Assembly (NCBI GenBank): GCA_020341815.1
Contig: CP070837.1
Span: 1,300,575-1,364,574, forward strand
Source: Candidatus Omnitrophota bacterium
GTDB lineage: Bacteria > Omnitrophota > Gorgyraeia > JAFGHF01
Length of the DNA: 64,000 nucleotides
Direction of reading: 5' to 3'
A program made the translations under genes and the position numbers. The notes beneath the pieces are model-generated. The model was not told the origin of the DNA and did not search any database. It worked only from the letters and a program-made list of their open reading frames with translations. Shown in pieces: positions 61,523 to 64,000 of this stretch (its first letter is position 1; each line of letters begins with the position of its first letter).

Positions 61523-62428
61523 ATGGGAGAAAAAAGGCCCTTAAATCCGGTTGAGGAATTAAGAAGAGATAAATTAGAGAAGCTAAAGAAGTGTTTTTCA
61601 GAGCTTGAAGGCTATAAGCGGAATAAGCTTACTTTACAGTATCCTGTCTTTTTCGTTCCCGGCTGGACATGCGAAGATTGCGCCGCATGGAAAAAGCCTT
61701 ATGAAAAAATTCCCAAAAAATACAAGGAATATTATAAACCCGCAAAATACTGGATAGATGAGATTATCGAGAATAAAGAGCAGGCTCATTTTATCGAATT
61801 TACGGATCAGGAAAGCAAGGATTCTCCGAGTTTCATGAAATTGGGAGAATATCTTAAGAAAAAATTAATAGCTATAACTCAAGAAAGGCCTATTAACCTG
61901 GTTGGACACAGTATGGGCGGTTTGGACATAAGGTCTGCTATTTCGGATGTTAAAGAGCCGGCTTTAAACACAAGGAATGTTATAACGGTAGGCACTCCCA
62001 ATAACGGAACTCTTGAGGCCGGACTGCTTAACTGGAAGTTTGTTCAAGATATGGTAAAAAAGTTTAAAAAAATGAAGGATTATCACATAATTCAGGGATG
62101 CAATCTCTATAGAGGAAGCAATCCCATAAGAGAGATTAACGAGCCTAAAGAGCGTCTTAATTTGCTGGAAAAAATTGACAAATTCTATGTTTTTATGGGT
62201 TTAAGAGACAGCACGGTCAAAAGCAGCCCCAAGCTGAAAAAAGACGGCATTTCGGAAGATTTATACGAAGAAAAGGTAAAAATAATTCAGACAGCCAGCG
62301 CCGAACATTCGGGCAAGGACGGAATAACCCAGGATCCGAGACTTTTTCTTCCTATAATTAAGATTTTGTGCGGCATCGAGCTAAAGGACGATTTCAATCA
62401 CGGGTATATTTACAGAAAAGAGACTTAA
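61523..62428 (+). CDS. Lipase-like alpha/beta hydrolase
   Basis: PVFFVPGW, VGHSMGGLD, TVGTPNNGT. Confidence 0.75.
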   Translation: MGEKRPLNPVEELRRDKLEKLKKCFSELEGYKRNKLTLQYPVFFVPGWTCEDCAAWKKPYEKIPKKYKEYYKPAKYWIDEIIENKEQAHFIEFTDQESKDSPSFMKLGEYLKKKLIAITQERPINLVGHSMGGLDIRSAISDVKEPALNTRNVITVGTPNNGTLEAGLLNWKFVQDMVKKFKKMKDYHIIQGCNLYRGSNPIREINEPKERLNLLEKIDKFYVFMGLRDSTVKSSPKLKKDGISEDLYEEKVKIIQTASAEHSGKDGITQDPRLFLPIIKILCGIELKDDFNHGYIYRKET

Positions 62429-62442
62429 AGAAGGTTTTGAAT

Positions 62443-62994
62443 ATGGGCTATGAAGCTGCATTATCAAAAGGCTGGAGTGATGTAGAAAGCTTAAGCCAGG
62501 AAAAGACGCATCAGGTGCAGTTCTTAAATGATACTTATACGCTCAATGTTGAGGATAAGAGCATATTATCCGATGCCTGCAATATAGCGGCCAAGCCCTA
62601 TTTAAGTATCTTATTGCTGCATTATCTGGCCCAATCCCTGAAAGGCTTATCGTCAGTCAAAGGAGAATGGATTACATTTCAGCAATTAAGCGGGGGCCAG
62701 GCGTATTATCCTGTTTTCAGTAAAAGGGTAGTTGAACCGCTTATAGCCAAATACGGCAGTAATCCGCAAGCCTTGCTTGATGCGCTTAAGCCCTACAGGG
62801 CTGAACCTTCCGGGATGGCCGATGCCAGCGTTATCTTAAATGTCCTTGAAGGAGTGCCCATCCTTATTCAGCTCTGGGGCGGCGATGAGGAATTCAAGCC
62901 CAACGCCAATATGCTGTTCGATAAGAGCATAATGGATATTTTTCCCACCGAAGATGTAGTCATCCTGGCCGAAATCATAGTGCGGACTATTTAA
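62443..62994 (+). CDS. DUF3786-like protein
   Basis: ILLLHYL, WITFQQLSGG..Y, LWGGDEEF..ANMLFD, TED. Confidence 0.7.
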   Translation: MGYEAALSKGWSDVESLSQEKTHQVQFLNDTYTLNVEDKSILSDACNIAAKPYLSILLLHYLAQSLKGLSSVKGEWITFQQLSGGQAYYPVFSKRVVEPLIAKYGSNPQALLDALKPYRAEPSGMADASVILNVLEGVPILIQLWGGDEEFKPNANMLFDKSIMDIFPTEDVVILAEIIVRTI

Positions 62995-63323
62995 TGAGAA
63001 TTTGGGATATCCATCCGAAAAAATTATGCAGGAATCACCTTCTCGGTGAACATAGAGAGCTCCACGGCATTTGGGCAATCTTAACCAAACACAAAAAAGG
63101 ATATGCGCATCATCCGGAAACAAAAAGATGGCGCGGTAAGTTAAAGGCATTATATCTGCGCCATCAGGCCTTGGCCGTCGAAATGAATAAAAGGCGATAT
63201 GAGCATAACAGTCCCCTGGATAAAAAAATGGCAAAAGGCGCCTCTGCGCAAAATATATATCTTCATACCCCGAATAAACAGGTAAAAATATTACGTAATA
63301 AGAAGTGTAATTGTAAAATATAG
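62994..63323 (+). CDS. Pyrimidine-dimer DNA glycosylase (T4 endonuclease V-like) family
   Basis: MRIWDIHP..LCRNHLLGEHRELH, HPETKRW, EM.KR.Y.H.SP. Confidence 0.75.
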   Translation: MRIWDIHPKKLCRNHLLGEHRELHGIWAILTKHKKGYAHHPETKRWRGKLKALYLRHQALAVEMNKRRYEHNSPLDKKMAKGASAQNIYLHTPNKQVKILRNKKCNCKI

Positions 63324-63344
63324 ATAATAAGGGGGTGGGTTAAG

Positions 63345-63653
63345 ATGTTGGCAGAGTTCAGTATTATACCCGTTGGGGATGGGATATCTATCAGCTCCCA
63401 TGTGGCAAAGGTCGCAAAGATTATAGATGAAAGCGGCCTGAATTATCGCATCAACCCTATGGCTACGGTGGTGGAAGGTGAGATTGATGAGGTCTTTTCC
63501 CTGATTAAGAAGTGCCATCAAAGAATGATGCAGGATGTGCAGAGGGTCTCAATCAGCATCACCATCGACGACCGCAAGGATAAAAAATCACCCCGTATGG
63601 ATAAGAAACTGGCCTCGGTTGAAGAAAAAATAGGGAAGAGCCTTAGAAAATAG
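63345..63653 (+). CDS. MTH1187/YkoF thiamine-binding family protein
   Basis: AEFSIIPVG, SGLNY..PMATVVEG, IDDRKD. Confidence 0.85.
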   Translation: MLAEFSIIPVGDGISISSHVAKVAKIIDESGLNYRINPMATVVEGEIDEVFSLIKKCHQRMMQDVQRVSISITIDDRKDKKSPRMDKKLASVEEKIGKSLRK

Positions 63654-63661
63654 AAAACATA

Positions 63662-63810
63662 TTGACCTGATTAGGATTGCATGATATATTAATATCAATA
63701 ATAATAAAGTGGTGAGTTTGAAGGGGGAACCTCCACATATCCGCCAGAGGCGGATCAGCTTCAGGCTGAAAATAAGTAAAACCTTCGCTGAATAAGCGGA
63801 GGTTTTTTTG
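63662..63810 (+). promoter_or_regulatory. Promoter plus structured leader ending in a terminator, containing a REP-like double hairpin
   Basis: TTGACC-17-TATATT; ATCCGCC-AGA-GGCGGAT and TCAGC-TTCAG-GCTGA; AAAACCTTCGC/GCGGAGGTTTT plus T-tract. Confidence 0.55.
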
Positions 63811-63827
63811 TTTAAAAGGAGGGATAA

Positions 63828-64000
63828 ATGAAAACATTAGTCAGGCAAGCTACAATTGAGAAAAAAATATTTTTGATAAGAAATCACAGAGTCATGATAG
63901 ATAGAGATTTAGCAGAAGTTTATGGTGTTCCAACTAAAGCTTTAAATCAAGCGGTTAAAAGAAATATAAAGAGATTTCCCGACGATTTTATGTTTAGTTT
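63828..64000 (+). CDS. ORF6N-domain DNA-binding protein (runs off the window end; absent from the ORF track)
   Basis: MKTLVRQATIEKKIFLIRNHRVMIDRDLAEVYGVPTKALNQAVKRNIKRFPDDFMF; SD AGGAGG. Confidence 0.85.
   Translation, partial: MKTLVRQATIEKKIFLIRNHRVMIDRDLAEVYGVPTKALNQAVKRNIKRFPDDFMFS

Overview
Mostly co-directional core-genome window from a diderm bacterium. Gene order (bamD-lptE-holA-rpsT-murJ-uvrC; prfB-secA-lnt; ilvE-mcsA-mcsB-clpC; mlaEFD-radA) resembles PVC lineages such as Omnitrophota, which is inference. It holds a glycan locus (GH2-like enzyme, large outer-membrane protein, GH94 phosphorylase, PilZ-ROK regulator), envelope, translation, proteostasis and repair genes, a KamA/ATP-grasp cluster and a redox-stress cluster. 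The most striking unexplained signal is six copies of a 68-128 bp non-coding element with 11-12 bp terminal inverted repeats (CCCCGCYCTTCY...GAAGRGCGGGG) flanked by a repeated TGAA/TTCA tetramer. Four copies sit exactly inside an ATGAA start (bioY, lptE, lptG, lptF) and one sits in codon 8 of uvrC. In these five the terminal G plus TGAA rebuilds an in-frame GTG start. The sixth copy is an in-frame 24-codon insertion in murJ. Also seen: an integrase-less integron cassette array inside an apparent uvrC-ogt duplication, composite hairpin arrays at two loci, two empty inverted tandem-repeat shells, 24-bp in-frame palindromic insertions in radA and comF, the prfB +1 frameshift, and two terminator-containing leaders. 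No rRNA, tRNA, CRISPR array, transposase or integrase was recognised. All calls come from reading motifs by eye; no database search was run.
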